This document shows, one piece after another, positions 35,067 through 47,919 of a stretch of DNA of 64,000 nt. Location: contig NC_091985.1 of the NCBI RefSeq assembly GCF_044704955.1, positions 207,204,001 through 207,268,000 on the forward strand, given 5' to 3'. A program made the translations under genes and the position numbers. Numbering within the stretch: the stretch's first letter is position 1; each line of letters opens with the position of its first letter. The notes beneath the pieces were generated by a model that made no database searches, was not told the DNA's origin, and saw only the letters and a program-made list of their open reading frames with translations. This stretch comes from Pristiophorus japonicus. Taxonomy: Eukaryota.

Positions 35067-36757
35067 AGAAGAAAAGGCTGGTGTTTACAATCATCTTCAG
35101 CCAGATGTGCCGAGAGGATGATCCATATCGGCCTCCTCCTAAGGAAGCCAGTCTTCAGCCAATTCGATTCACTCCACGTGATATCAAGAAACAGCTGAAT
35201 GCATTGGATACAGCAAAGGCTATGGGTTCCGACAATATACCGGCTGTTGTGCTGAAGACTTGTGCTCCAGAACTAGCCGCACCTCTAGCCAAGTTGTTCG
35301 AGTACAGTTACAACACTGGCATCGATGCGACAATGTGGAAAACTGCCACAAAAAGCAGGACAAATCCAATCTGGTCAATTACCGCCCCATCAGTCTATTC
35401 TCAATCATTAGCAAAGTGATGGAAGTTGTCACCAACAGTGGTATCAAGCGGCACTTATTCACCAATAACTTGCTCACCGATACCCAATTTGGGTTCCGCC
35501 AGGACCACTCGGCTCCAGACCTCATCACAGCCTTGGTCCAAACATGGTCAAAAGAGCTGAATTCCAGAGGCAAAGTGAGAGTGACTGCCCTCGACATCAG
35601 GGCAGCATTTGACCGAGTGCGGCATCAAGGAGCTGTAGTAAAACTGAAGTCAATGGGAATCTGGGGGAAAACTCTACACTGGCTGGAGTCATACCTAGCA
35701 CAAAGGAAGATAGTTGTGGTAGTTGGAGGTCAATCATCACAGCCCCAGGACATCGTTGCAGGAGTTCCTCAGGGCAGTGTCCTAGGCCCAACCATCTTCA
35801 GTTGCTTCATCAATGACCTTCCTTCCATTATAAGGTCAGAAGTGGGAATGTTCGCTGATGACTGCACAGTGTTCAGTTCCATTCGCAACTCCTCAGATAA
35901 TGGAGCAGTCCATGCCTGCGTACAGCAAGACCTGGACAACATTCAGGCTTGGGCTGATAAGTGGCAAGTAACAGTCACGACACAAGTGCCAGGTAATGAC
36001 TATCTCCAACAAGCAAGAGTCTAACCACCACCCCATAACATTCAATGGCATTACCATAGCCGAATCCCCTACCATCAACATCCTTGGGGTTACCATTGAC
36101 CAGAAACTTAACTGGAACAGCCACATAAATACTGTGGCAACAAGAGCAAGTCAGAGGCTGGGTATTCTATGGCGAGTGTCTCACCTCCTGACTCCCCAGA
36201 GCCTTTCCACCATCTACAAGGCACAAGTCAGGAGTGTGATGGAATACTCTCCACTTGCTTGGATGAATGCAACTGCGACAACACTCAAGAAGCTTGACAC
36301 CATCCATGACAAAGCAGCCCGCTTTATTGGCACCCATCCACCACCTTAAACATCCACTCCCTCCATCATCGATGTACCGTGGCTGCAGTGTTTACCATGT
36401 ACAAGATACACTGCATCAACTCGCCAAGGCTTCTTCGGCAGTACCTCACAAACCCACGACCTCTACCAACTAGAAGGACAAGGGCAGCAGGCGCATGGGA
36501 ACACCACCATTTCCACGTTTCCTTCCAAGTCACACACCATCCTGATTTGAAAGCATATCGCCATTCCTTCATTATCGCTGGGTCAAAATCCTGGAACTCC
36601 CTCCCTAACAGTACTGTGGGAGTACCTTCACCACACGCACTGCAGCAGTTCAAGAAGATGGCTCCCCCCCCCCATCTTCTCAAGGGCAATTATGGATGGA
36701 CAATAAATGCTGGCCTTACCAGCGACGCCCACATCCCGTGAACGAATAAAAAAAAAG
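35067..36757 (+). mobile_element. CR1/L2-group LINE of a second family, 5'-truncated, A-tailed
   Basis: [38 protein letters not shown]; ends GACGCCCACATCCCGTGAACGAATAAAAAAAA. Relatives at 40460-41090, 42450-42488, 47287-47405 and 60560-60720. Confidence 0.88.
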
Positions 36758-36764
36758 AATCAGA

Positions 36765-36880
36765 ACCATCTGACCTCTCAAGTCGGCGTTAAAGATTCCA
36801 TGACATTATTTCGAAGAAAAGAGAGATCTCCGGTGTCCTGGCTAACATTTATCCCTCAACGAACATCACTAAAACAGAAG
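36765..36880 (+). mobile_element. Deu-domain SINE fragment
   Basis: AAAGATTCCATGACATTATTTCGAAGAA...GGTGTCCTGGCTAACATTTATCCCTCAACGAACATCACTAAAACAGA matches my recollection of the Deu core (AmnSINE1/SacSINE1 type); not database-verified. Confidence 0.7.
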
Positions 36881-37004
36881 CCGTGAAAAGGCTCAAAAAT
36901 GGGACAGTCGGTAACAGGACATCAATTAGCCTCCTCTTGGAGAAATCAAGGAATCGACTCACTGTATGTAGGAAACAAAGCTGATTTATTTGACAGTTGT
37001 TTGA

Positions 37005-38255
37005 CAGAGGGTGCAGAAAAGATTTACAAGAATGATTCCAGGGATGAGGGACTTCAGTTACATGGATAGACTGGTGAAGTTGGGGTTGTTCTTCTTAGAA
37101 CAGAGAAGGTTGAAAGGAGATTTGATAGAGGTGCTCTAAAATCATGAGGGGTCTGGACAGAGTAGAGAGAAAATATTCCCATTGGCGGAAGAGTTCAGAA
37201 CCAGAGGACACAGATTCAAGGTGATTGGCAGAAGAACCAAAGGCGACATGAGAAAAAACTTTTCTTTAAGCAGCGAGTGGTTAGGATCTGGAATGCACGG
37301 CCTAAAAGGGTGGTGGAAGCAGATTCAATCGTGGCTTTCAAAAAGGGAATTGATAAGTACATGAAATAAAACATTTGCAGGGCCACGGGGAAAGGGCAGG
37401 GAGTGGGACTATTTACAATGTATATTAACGACTTGGAAGAAGGGACTGAGTGTAATGTAGCCAAGTTTGCTGATGATACAAAGATGAGAGGAAAAGCAAT
37501 GTGTGAGGAGGACACAAAAAATTAGCAAAAGGAATAGACAGGCTAAGTGAGTGGGCAAAAATTTGGCAGATGGAGTGTAATGTTGGAAAGTCTGAGGTCA
37601 TGCACTTTGGTAGAAAAAAATCAAAGAGCAAGTTATTATTTAAATGGAGAAAGATTGCAAAGTGCTGCAGTACAGCAGGACCTGTGGGTACTTTGGAGGC
37701 AGTTCAGAGAAGTTTCACTAGGTTGATTCCGGAGATGAGGGGGTTGACTTATGAGGAAAGGTTGAGTAGGTTGGGTCTCTACTCATTGGAATTCAGAAGA
37801 ATGAGACGTGATCTTATCAAAACATATATGAGGGGGCTTGACAAGGTGGATGCAGAGAGGATGTTTCCACTGATGCGGGAGACTAGAACTAGAGGCCGCC
37901 CATTTAAAACAGAGATGAGGAGAAATTTCTTCTCTCAGAGGGTTGTAAATCTGTGGACTTCGCTGCCTCAGAGAGATGTGGAAGCTGGGACATTGAATAA
38001 ATTTAAGACAGAAATAGACAGTTTCTTAAACGATAAAGCGTTATGGAGAGTGGGCAGGGAAGTGGAGCAGTGTCCACGATCAGACCAGCCATGATCTTAT
38101 TGAACGGTGGAGCAGACTCGAGGGGTGGTGTGGCCTACTCCTGCTCCTATTTCTTATGTTCTTATGACTAGCTGAAGTGCTCTTGCAGAGAGCCGGCATG
38201 GGTTCGATGGTCCAAAAGGCCTCCTACTGTGCTGTGACCATTCTATGATTCAATG
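37005..38255 (+). mobile_element. CR1 3' fragment with a nested, internally deleted CR1 (37408-38165)
   Basis: CR1 C-terminal motifs and two different tails (TTCTTATG and TTCTATGA). Confidence 0.82.
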
Positions 38256-38371
38256 ATATCCAGAAAATTAAACTCCAGCCCAGATATAGGGATTAATTCC
38301 ACCAGCGGCAACATGTTTCAGTCCTGGATGTGATTAACGGCAACAATAACAGCAGAGTCCAACCCCTGCAG

Positions 38372-39046
38372 TCACTTGTGAACTCGCTGGTGTGTCAGCA
38401 GGTTGGATGACGGAGTGAATCCCTTCCCACACTCAGAGCAGGTGAATGGCCTCTCCCCAGTGTGAACTCGCTGGTGTCTCAGCAGGTTGGATGATCGAGT
38501 GAAATGCTTCTCACACTCGGAGCAGGTGAATAGCCTCTCCCCAGTGTGAACTCGCTGGTGTGCTAGCAGGTAAGACGATCGATTGAAAGCCTTCCCACAC
38601 TCAGAGCAGATGAACGGCCTCTCCCCAGTATGAATGCGTTGGTGTGTCAGCAGGTGGGATGATCGAGTGAAACCCTTCCCACATTCAGAGCAGATGAATG
38701 GCCTCTCCCCAGTGTGAACGTGTTGGTGTGTCAACAGGTCAAATGATCGAGTGAATCCTTTCCCACACACGGGACAGGTAAACGGCCTCTCCCCAGTGTG
38801 AACACGCTGGTGTTCAGTGAGGTCGGATGAACGAGTGAATCCCTTCTCACACATGGAGCAGGTGAATGGCCTCTCCCCAGTGTGAATTCGCTTGTGTACC
38901 AGCAGGTTGGATGACTGAGTGAATCCCTTCCCACACACGGGGCAGGTGAATGGCCTCTCTCCGTTGTGATGCCGTCGATGAGTTTCCAGCGCAGAGGGGC
39001 AATTGAATGCCTTCCCACAGTCTCCACATTCCCATGGTTTCTCCAT
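38372..39046 (-). CDS. C2H2 zinc-finger protein, 8 tandem fingers, no KRAB domain visible
   Basis: Eight CxxC...HxxxH units with TGERPF linkers. Further in-frame degenerate fingers lie upstream (to ~39310) behind a TGA at ~39085. Splice acceptor CTCCTTTTACAG at ~39387. Confidence 0.88.
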   Translation of the reverse strand: MEKPWECGDCGKAFNCPSALETHRRHHNGERPFTCPVCGKGFTQSSNLLVHKRIHTGERPFTCSMCEKGFTRSSDLTEHQRVHTGERPFTCPVCGKGFTRSFDLLTHQHVHTGERPFICSECGKGFTRSSHLLTHQRIHTGERPFICSECGKAFNRSSYLLAHQRVHTGERLFTCSECEKHFTRSSNLLRHQRVHTGERPFTCSECGKGFTPSSNLLTHQRVHK

Positions 39047-39689
39047 GGTGCGGGTGTCCTTGTGTCTCTCCAGGTTGGATGATCAATTGAAACTTCGTCC
39101 ACATACACAATATGTGTACGGTTTCTCCCCGCTGTGAATGGTGCGATGTTTTTTCAGGCTATGTAACTGGTTAAAGCTCTTTCCACAGTCACTGCACTGG
39201 AACACTCTCACTCGGGTGTGTGTGTCTCTGTGCTTTACCAGTCACACTAATGTTTAATATCTTTTCTCATAGACAGAACAGACAACCGTTTCTCCTTCCA
39301 CATTCAAAGGCTGATGATATACAGGTGAATCGAGTGACTGTGATTGGTTCGAGTTTCCCGTCTGTAAATCCTCCTTTTCTAATATCCTGTAAAAGGAGTT
39401 TACAAAAGTCAGCACTGAGGACAGACAATCCCAGTTTCTATGGAACATTCTTTCCTCTCTTGTTCCCCAAAGCTGTAAATTCCCATCCCACACACTCTCC
39501 CTCCACCCTGTGCTGAAATCCAAACTCATCGCACCACCTCCATCATTTCTTTCCTCCATCTGCAATTTTCTCACTCCCTCTTCTCTGGTTGGGTTCAGTT
39601 CTACATCCCTAGTGCGCAGACTGAGAAGAAACAAGGAAATTATTTTCTCTCCTGGTCACTGAAACCCTAAACCCCACCCACCCTCTGCT

Positions 39690-39960
39690 CCTGTACCAAG
39701 ATGGCCGCGCAGGCGCCCTGATCCTGTCCAAGAATTCAGCTAGTTACCCCGAGCGGTCGGGTCTATCATCGCAGGTCAAACATGGAGCCTGCGGGCTCAT
39801 ATTCGGGGCCTGAGGCCTACAGCAGGTGTTTATGAAGCTGCCCAGCCCACCCAGGGATCCAATTCCTCCGCTGAGCTCACAAGCTCCTACTGACTCGCGG
39901 AATGTCTCTTCCGCCTCAGACCACCTCCACCACTGGCACTGCGCCTGCTCAGAGCACAGC
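39690..39960. promoter_or_regulatory. CpG-rich promoter-like region 5' of the ZNF gene
   Basis: YY1-type CAAGATGGCCGC at ~39698, NRF1-like GCGCAGGCGC and TGCGCCTGC, elevated CpG. Confidence 0.55.
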
Positions 39961-40089
39961 CTGGTCCCGTGTCTGGGCTCCTGGTGTCATTGATAGAGCA
40001 CTTTACCCCTCCGCGGGGGATTCTAACTACAGAAGTAAACGTTGCAACATTTGTAGTGAAATGATTAAGTCAGGACAGACAGCAGGGAT

Positions 40090-41375
40090 TATTGCAGGAA
40101 ATAACACAATGCAGTGAGAAAGGAAATGCAATGGATGTTGTGCAGATGGATTGTCAAAAGGTGTTTGATAAGGTGCCGGACAGGAGGCTTGTTGATCAAA
40201 TTAAGGCTCACAGTATTAAAGGGAGTGGGGCCGCGTGGAGAGGAAGTTGGGTAAAGGGCAGAAAACAGAGAGTAGTGGTAAATGGATGTTCTTCAGACTG
40301 GAGGGATGGAAACAGTAGTGTCCCCAGGGTCAGTGTTGGGACCATTGCTCTTAATATAGAGACAGGATCTGGGCTAGGGAATAAGCACATAAGAATTAGA
40401 AGCAGGAGTAGGCCATTTGGCCCCTCGAGCCTGCTCCGCCATTCAATAAGATCATATTGATTCATCAATTGATCCACCGCTACGAAAAACAATAATAAGA
40501 ATAAAACCGGACGTACCACCTGGCATCGACCTCCGCACCGGCTACGGACCCGACAACGGCACACCCAGCCCAGTCTTTCTCACCAACATCTGGGGACTGG
40601 TGCCAAAATTCGAAGAGATGGCCCAGACTAGTCAAGCAACAGCCTGACATAGTCATACTCACAGAATCATACCTTTCAGCCAATGTCCCAGACTCCTCCA
40701 TCACCATCCCTGGGTATGTCCTGTCCCACTGGTGGCGATACAGTAGTATACATTTGGGAGGGTGTGGCCCTGGGAGTTCTCAACACTGACTCCAGACCCC
40801 ATGAAGTCTCCTGGCTTCAGGACAAGCATGGGCAAGGAAACCTCCTGCTGATTACCACCTACCGCCCTCCTTCAGCTGATGAATCAGTACTCCTCCATGT
40901 TGAACACCACTTGGAAGAAGCACTGAGAGTAGCAAGGTGCACAGAATGTACTTTGTGTGGGGGACTTCAATGTCCATCAAGACTGGCTCGGTAGCACCAC
41001 TACTAATCGATCTGGCAAAGTCCTGAAGGACATAGCTGCCAGACTGGGCCTGCAGCAGGTGGTGAGAGAAGCAACGCGAGGGGAAAAACCTACTTGCGCC
41101 CATTCCTTCGGAAAGGGCACGAGAGCGGGAGCAGCGGCAAGCCTACAAAGGGCGTGAGTCAGCCGAGCAGACAGCCGAAACAGCACCACGTGACCTGGGA
41201 GGATAAGAAGTAAAAAGATTCAAAATGTGATGTCACAGGAAAGCAGGGAAGTGATTGTGTTATAGAAACATAGAAACATAGAAAATAGGTGCAGGAGTAG
41301 GCCATATGGCCCTTCGAGCCTGCACCGCCATTCAATAAGATCATGGCTGATCATTCCCTCAGTACCCCTTTCCTG
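40090..41375. mobile_element. Mosaic of LINE fragments (CR1 RT, CR1 tails, second-family endonuclease, CR1 5' UTR)
   Basis: DCQKVFDKVP; KQQPDIVILTESYL, TTYRPPS, GDFNVH; reverse-strand CR1 tails at 40388-40455 and 41262-41375. Confidence 0.75.
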
Positions 41376-42601
41376 AACGTATCTTCCATTGCTTGGCCTG
41401 GAGCAGGAGGAGGGAGTTCGGCTACAGTGGGTACACTCGTCCTCACAGCCAACCAAGTCCAGATGAATGGTAACAACCTCACTGCGTATTAACTAGGGGC
41501 CTTAACAAATTCAGGAAAACCCATTGTATCTTTACAGATCGCTTGTAACTGACCAGATCTTGATTAACCCGATGGCGACAATGCATACAAGACCGTAAGC
41601 ACTGCCAAGCATCAGCCAGTAACGGGGGACCCCCTGACTTGGGGGACCCGCTGAAACCGTGCGCAGGGAGGCTGGAGAAATTAAAACCCCTGAAGAGGCT
41701 GCCACACAGAGACCCGGGAGTGGGGGGTATCACTTTTACCAAACTCGCCGGGCAGGAATCACCATAGGATGGGATGGGACGCCAGTATTACCCCACTCCC
41801 GATACTGACTCCGGGCTGTAAAGTCAGCGCTGGCCCCCCATCCGTCCATCCCGGCAGTTCCCTGCGGGGGTAGGGCGGCTCAGGATAAAATTGCCCCCCC
41901 CCCCCCCCACCGTTCAAAGACTTGTCAGGCTATGTCACCAATTGCTTTGGTAATCAACATGAGAACAATTCATGGGAAAATACTCCAGCAGATCAAAGGG
42001 GCTGTATTAACTTTGGGGCAGTTTTTGGGATCGGCTCCTCTAAACAGTCTGTTGCCAAAACTGTTGGAGTCACAGTCGACATCTCTCCAGTTCCATCAAA
42101 GGTTAATAGTAAAGACAAATATGTCAGTATGGCACTGACTGGGTCATCAAGGACCCTTAGGTCGACACAGTGACAAACCTTAAATCTCTTACCTGGCATT
42201 GCTCAATTGGGCACATTCAAAGCCTTACTTCCAACTGGCAGGGTGGGGGGGGGGGAAGAGAGCCAAACAGTTCTTTAGCTCAGAGTAAGTGCTACGCAAG
42301 CATTAACATTTGACACAGATCACACATGGCACAATTCTGTTCAGGAACTATGGTTACAAGCTGCCCTGGCTGTAAGTAGCTAGGTAACGCTAATGACCCC
42401 TCTCCTCAAACATTCACATTCTATCCTGGCCAAGTTTAGAACTGTTTCAAAAAAATTCATTCACGGGATGTGGGCGTCGCCGGCAAGGTTTCTCTCTTTT
42501 CTTGGGCATTGGTTTCAATTAAGAGCTGGGATTAAAAATCTAAACTTTCAAAATGTGAAAAATTAATTCAATACATTAGAGATGTCAGGGCAAGCGATGT
42601 A

Positions 42602-44356
42602 TAAACATAGAAAATAGGTGCAGGAGTAGGCCAATCGGCCCTTCGAGCCTGCACCACCATTCAATAAGATCATGGCTGATCATTCCTTCAGTACCCCGTT
42701 CCTGCTTTCTCTCCATACCCCTTGATCCCTTTAGATGCAAGGGCCATATCTAACTCCCTCTTGAATATATCCAATGAACTGACATCAACAACTCTCTGCG
42801 GTAAGAAATTCCATAGGTTAACAATTCTGAGTGAAGAAATTCCTCCTCATCTCAGTCCTAAATGGCTTACCCCTTATCCTTAAGACTGTGACCCCTGGTT
42901 CTGGACTTCACCAACATCGGGAACATTCTTCCTGCATCTAACCTGTCCAGTCCCGTCAGAATTTTATATGTTTCTAAGAGATCCCCTCTCATTCTTCTAA
43001 ACTCCAGTGAATACAGGCCCAGTCGATCCAGTCTCTCCTCATGTGTCAGTCCTGCCATCCCAGGAATCAGTCTGGTGAACCTTCGCTGCACTCCCTCAAT
43101 AGCAAGAATGTCCTTCCTCAGATTAGGAGACCAAAACTGAACACAATATTCCAGGTGGGGCCTCACCAAAGACCTGTACAACTGCAGTAAGACTTCCCTG
43201 CTCCTATACTCAAATCCCCTAGCTCGGAAGGCCACCATTTGCCTTCTTCACCGCCTGCTGTACCTGCATGCCAACCTTCAATGACTGATGAATCATGACA
43301 CCCAGGTCTCGCTGCACCTCCCCTTTTCCTAATCTTCCGCCATTCAGATAATATTCTGCCTTCGTGTTTTTACCCCCAAAGTGGATAACCTCACATTTAT
43401 CCACATTATATTGCATCTGCCATGTATTTGCCCACTCGCCTAACCTGTCCAAATCACCCTGCAGCCTCTTAGCATCCTCTTCACAGCTCACACCGCCATC
43501 TGCAAACTTGGAGATATTACACTCAATTCCATCATCCAAATCATTAATATATATTGTAAAGAGCTGGGGTCCCAGCACTGAGCCCTGCGGCACTCCACTA
43601 GTCACTGCCTGCCATTCTGAAAAGGACCAGTTAATCCCGACTCTCTGCTTCCTGTCTGCCAACCAGTTCTCTATCCACGTCAGTACATTACCCTGTGCTT
43701 TGATTTTTCACACCAATCTCTTGTGTGGGACCTTGTCAAAAGCCTTTTGAAAGTCCAAATACACCACATCCACTGGTTCTCCCCTGTCCACTCTACGAGT
43801 TACATCCTCAAAAAATTCCAGAAGATTTGTCAAACATGATTTCCCTTTCATAAATCCATGCTGACTTGGACCAATCCTATCACTGCTTTCCAAATGTGCT
43901 GCTATTTCATCCTTAATGATTGATTCCAACATTTTCCCCACTACTGATGTCAGGCTAACCGGTCTATAATTACCTGTTTTCTCTCTCCCTCCTTTTTTAA
44001 AAAAGTGGTGTTACATTAGCTACCCTCCAGTCCATAGGAACTGATCCAGAGTCGATAGACTGCTGGAAAATGATCACAAATGCATCCACTATTTCTAGGG
44101 CCACTTCCTTAAATACTCTGGGATGCAGACTATCAGGCCCGGGGGATTTATCGGCCTTCAATCCCATCAATTTCCCGATCACAATTTCCCACCTAATAAG
44201 GATATCCTTCAGTTCCTCCTTCTCACTAGACCTTCGGACCCCTAGTACATCCGGAAGGTTATTTGTGTCTTCCTTTGTGAAGACAGAACCAAAGTACTTG
44301 TTCAATTGGTCTGCCATTTCTTTGTTCCCCATTATAAATTCACCCGAATCTGACTG
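42602..44356 (-). mobile_element. CR1 LINE, 5'-truncated
   Basis: ORF2 from QSDSGEFIMGNKEMA through RT to the tail; frameshifted. Confidence 0.92.
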
Positions 44357-45994
44357 TGTTACTGCTGCTGCAGGTGGGAGCTGGTTGACCCCATTGAGGT
44401 CCACGGCGACCACATCTGCAGTAAATGTTGGTTTCTCGAGGAACTTCAGCTCCGCGTTGATGAGCTGGAGTCCGAGCTGCAGACACTGCGACACATCAGG
44501 GAGGGGGAGAGTTACCTGGACGCTGTGTTCCAGGAGGCAGTCACACCCCTTAGATTAATTAATTCAAATTTGGTCCATGGTTAGGGACAGGAGGGTGTGA
44601 CTATGAGCGAGGCAGCTGTGGGGACCCTGGAGGTAGCGATGGAGGAGCTTCAGCTCTTGCAATTGTCCAACAGGTACGAGATTCGTGCTCCCTGCTTGGA
44701 CGAGGGCAGGGACTGCAGGGAGGATGAGCAAACTGACCACAGCGCCGTGGTACAGGAGGACATTCAAGTGGGGGGAGTAAAAAGAAATGTTGTAGTGATA
44801 GGAAAGAGTATAGTTTCGGAGATATATACTGTTCTCTGCAGCCGAGAGCGTGAGTCCCGAAGGCTGTGATGCCTGCGACGTGCCAAGGTTCAGGACATCG
44901 CCTCTGGGCTGGAGAGGAACTTGGAGTGGGAGGGGGAAGATCCAGTTGTCGTGGGCCACGTAGGTACTAATGACATAGGTAGAACAAAGAAAGAGGTTCT
45001 GCTGAGGGAATTTGAGTAGCTAGGGGCTAAATTAAAAAGCAGAACCATGAAGGCAATAATCTCTGGATTACTACCTGAGCCACGTGCAAATGTGCATAGG
45101 GTAAATAAGATCAGAGAGATGAACACGTGGCTCAAAGACTGGTGTGGGAAAAATGAGTTTCGATTCATGGGGCACTGGCACCAGTACCGGGGCAAGAGGG
45201 AGCTGTTCCGTTGGGATGGGCTTCACTTGAACCAGGCTGGTGCTAATGTCCTGGCGAAGCGAATAACTAGGGCTGTAAAGAGGGCTTTAAACTAAATAGG
45301 TCGGGGGGGGAGCGGTGGATGGGGGGGGGGGGGGAGGGTTCAGGTGAGAGGAAATTTAAAAAGTCAAAGAGCAAGGAGAAGGCAATAGAGCAGGGTAGCA
45401 CTGTGGGAAATGAGAATCAGACTGTGACAGGAAAAGACAATGTATAAAAATAAGAGTGTAACAGAAAGTAGGGTCAAAGCAGGGGAAAATGGTAAAAAGT
45501 CAAAATTAAAAGTTCTTTATCTGAATGCACGCAGCATTCGTAACAAGATAGATGAGTTGACGGCACAAATAGATACAAATAGGTATGATCTGATAGCCAT
45601 TACAGAGACGAGGTTGCAAGGTGACCAAGGCTGGGAACTAAATATTCAGGGGTATTTAACAATTCAGAAGGATAAGACAGAAAGGAAAAGGTGGGGTAGT
45701 TCTGTTAATAAACGATGGGATCAGTGCAGTGGTGAGAAATTATTTGGGTTCAGAAGATCAAGATGTAGAATCAATTTGGGTATAGATAATAAATAATAAG
45801 GGTAAGAAGTCACTGGTGGGCGTAGTCTATAGGCTCCCTAACAGTAGCTACACTGTTGGATGGAGTATAAATCAAGAAACAATGGAGGCTTGTAAGAAAG
45901 GTACGGCAATAATCACTGGCGATTTTAAGCTTCATATTGATTAGACAAATCAAATTGGCCAAGGTAGACTTGAGGAAGAGTTTATAAGAGTATT

Positions 45995-46601
45995 GGCCCA
46001 AGTTTCTTTTAGGAGCAACTGGTGGAGAACGGACTATCTTAGAAATCGCAATTCTCCACATTTTTTTTTCTGCAGTTCTAGTCAGGTAGAACAGTTCTAC
46101 TTTGGAACAGAATTTTTTCTGCAAAAGGGGGCGTGTCCGGCCACTGACGCCTGATTTCAAAGTTTCCACAGTGAAAACGTACTCCAAACTAAGTTAGAAT
46201 GGAGCAAGTGAAGATTTTTGTAGAACTGAAAAAACCTGTTCTACACATTAAAAAAATCAGGCGCAGGTTACAAATTAGGCGTCTAGAACGAGGTGGGGGG
46301 GGAGGAAGCGAAGTCATTAAATTCTACAATAAATCCTTATTTATACTTCTACAAATAAATCCAACCTGAATAAACATTTATAAGCAATAAGCAAAGAAAA
46401 GATTAAATAAACCATCTTCCTACCTATGTGAAAGTGCTTCTGGAGAATGCTGCAGTCAGCCTGAGGCGCCCGTTCTTCCCGTGGCGGGGGGGGGGGGGGG
46501 GAGGAGGAGGCGCCCGTTCTTCGGGGGGGGGGGGGGGGGAGGGAGGAGGCGCCTGTTCCGGGGGGGGGGGGGGGGGGGGCGCCCGTTCTTCCCGCAAGTG
46601 G

Positions 46602-46632
<31 letters not shown>

Positions 46633-47043
46633 GCACCCGTTCTTTCCCGCCGGGGGGGGGGGGGGGGAGACAGTGAAAAGGCTGCAAGTGCTGATGGCAA
46701 TGTGCTTTTATTAAAAAAATGTTCAAAAATTAAACAGCTACAAAGAACTACAAAAATGGCCGAGTGCCAATGTTTTTTTCACACTGCGCGTGCGCGAACG
46801 CTCCAACGCGCATGAGCAGCGTTGCTGGCAGGAAAAGAACTAATTTAAATAGTACCCGCCCCCTCCCACTTACAAAATCGGCGCGAGTATAGGCTCCGCC
46901 CCCCTGGGCGCCACGCCAAACAGACAAGGAGCTGCAAAGCGCTCCAGAATCGCAATTTTTTTTTTTAGGCGCCGTTTTAGGCGCGAAAAACGGGCGCCCA
47001 GCTCGGAGGGGCGCCCGTTTTTTATCGTGTGGAAACTTGGGCC
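45995..47043. mobile_element. Non-autonomous DNA transposon (MITE-like, possibly PIF/Harbinger)
   Basis: 12-bp terminal inverted repeats GGCCCAAGTTTC (45995-46006) and GAAACTTGGGCC (47032-47043). It interrupts a CR1 endonuclease frame and has no transposase ORF. Confidence 0.8.
46465..46670 (+). repeat. Poly-G-tract tandem repeat inside the TIR element
   Basis: About five units of GGCGCCCGTTCTT followed by G runs of roughly 16-26 nt. Confidence 0.9.
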
Positions 47044-47407
47044 CTGTATCTGGGATGGTCTCCTTGAACAGTACGTTGCAGAACCAACCAGGGAGCAGGC
47101 TATCTTAGATCTGGTATTGTGTAATGAGACAAGATTAATAAATGATCTCATAGTAAAGGATCCTCTGGGAAAAAGTGAACATAACATGGTTGAATTTCAA
47201 ATTCAGTTGGAGAGTGAGAAAGTCAGATCTCAAACCAGTGTCCTGATTCTAAATAAAGGCGACTGCAAAGCTATGAAAGCAGAACTAGGGATGTTCGCTG
47301 ATGACTGCACAGTATTCAGTTTCATTCGCAACTCCTCAGATAATGGAGCAGTCCATGCCCGCTTACAGCAAGACCTGGACAACATTCAGGCTGGGGCTGA
47401 TAAGTGA

Positions 47408-47918
47408 CACAGAAACATAGAAAATAGGTGCTGGAGTAGACCATTCGGCCCTTCGAGCCTGCACTACCATTCAATAAGATCATGGCTGATCATTCCCTCA
47501 GTACCCCTTTCCTGCTTTCTCTCCATACCCCTTGATCCCTTTAGCCGTAAGGGCCATATCTAACTCCCTCTTGAACATATCCAATGAACTGGAATCAACA
47601 ACTCTTTGCGGTCGGGAATTCCACAGGTTAACAACTCTCTGAGTGAAGAAGTTTCGCCTCATCTCGGTCCTAAATGGCTTACCCCTTATCCTGAAGACTG
47701 TGACCCCTGGTTCTGGACTTCTCCAACATCGGGAACATTCTTCCTGCATCTAACCTATCCAATCGTCAGAATTGTATTTGCTTCAATGAGATCCCCTCTC
47801 ATTCTTCTAAATTCCAGTGAATATAAGCCTAGTCGATACAGTCTTTTGTCATATGTCTTTCGTCCTACCATCCCGGTAATCAGTCTGGTGAACCTTCGCT
47901 GCACTCCCTCAATAGCAA
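47408..47918 (-). mobile_element. CR1 3' fragment
   Basis: Reverse complement of IEGVQRRFTRL...RIRGKPFRTEMRRNFF and the tail. Confidence 0.88.
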
Positions 47919-47919
47919 G

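Larger units (their letters stand above)
44357..47286 (+). mobile_element. CR1 LINE 5' half (ORF1 esterase and endonuclease), interrupted by a TIR element
   Basis: GHVGTND, SGLLPEPRA, DGLHLN; LNARSIRNK, ITETRL; resumes at 47045 with LEQYVAEPTREQAILDLV. Confidence 0.85.

Noticed and set aside
41380-42450. Unassigned stretch with short ORFs and possible MITE ends (GGGGTATCACTTTT ... AAAATTGCCCC)
   Set aside because: No recognisable protein motif, and the inverted termini are too imperfect to call without a repeat-library search.
46341-46726. Poly-Pro and poly-Gly ORFs
   Set aside because: They are translations of G/C homopolymer runs inside the TIR element.
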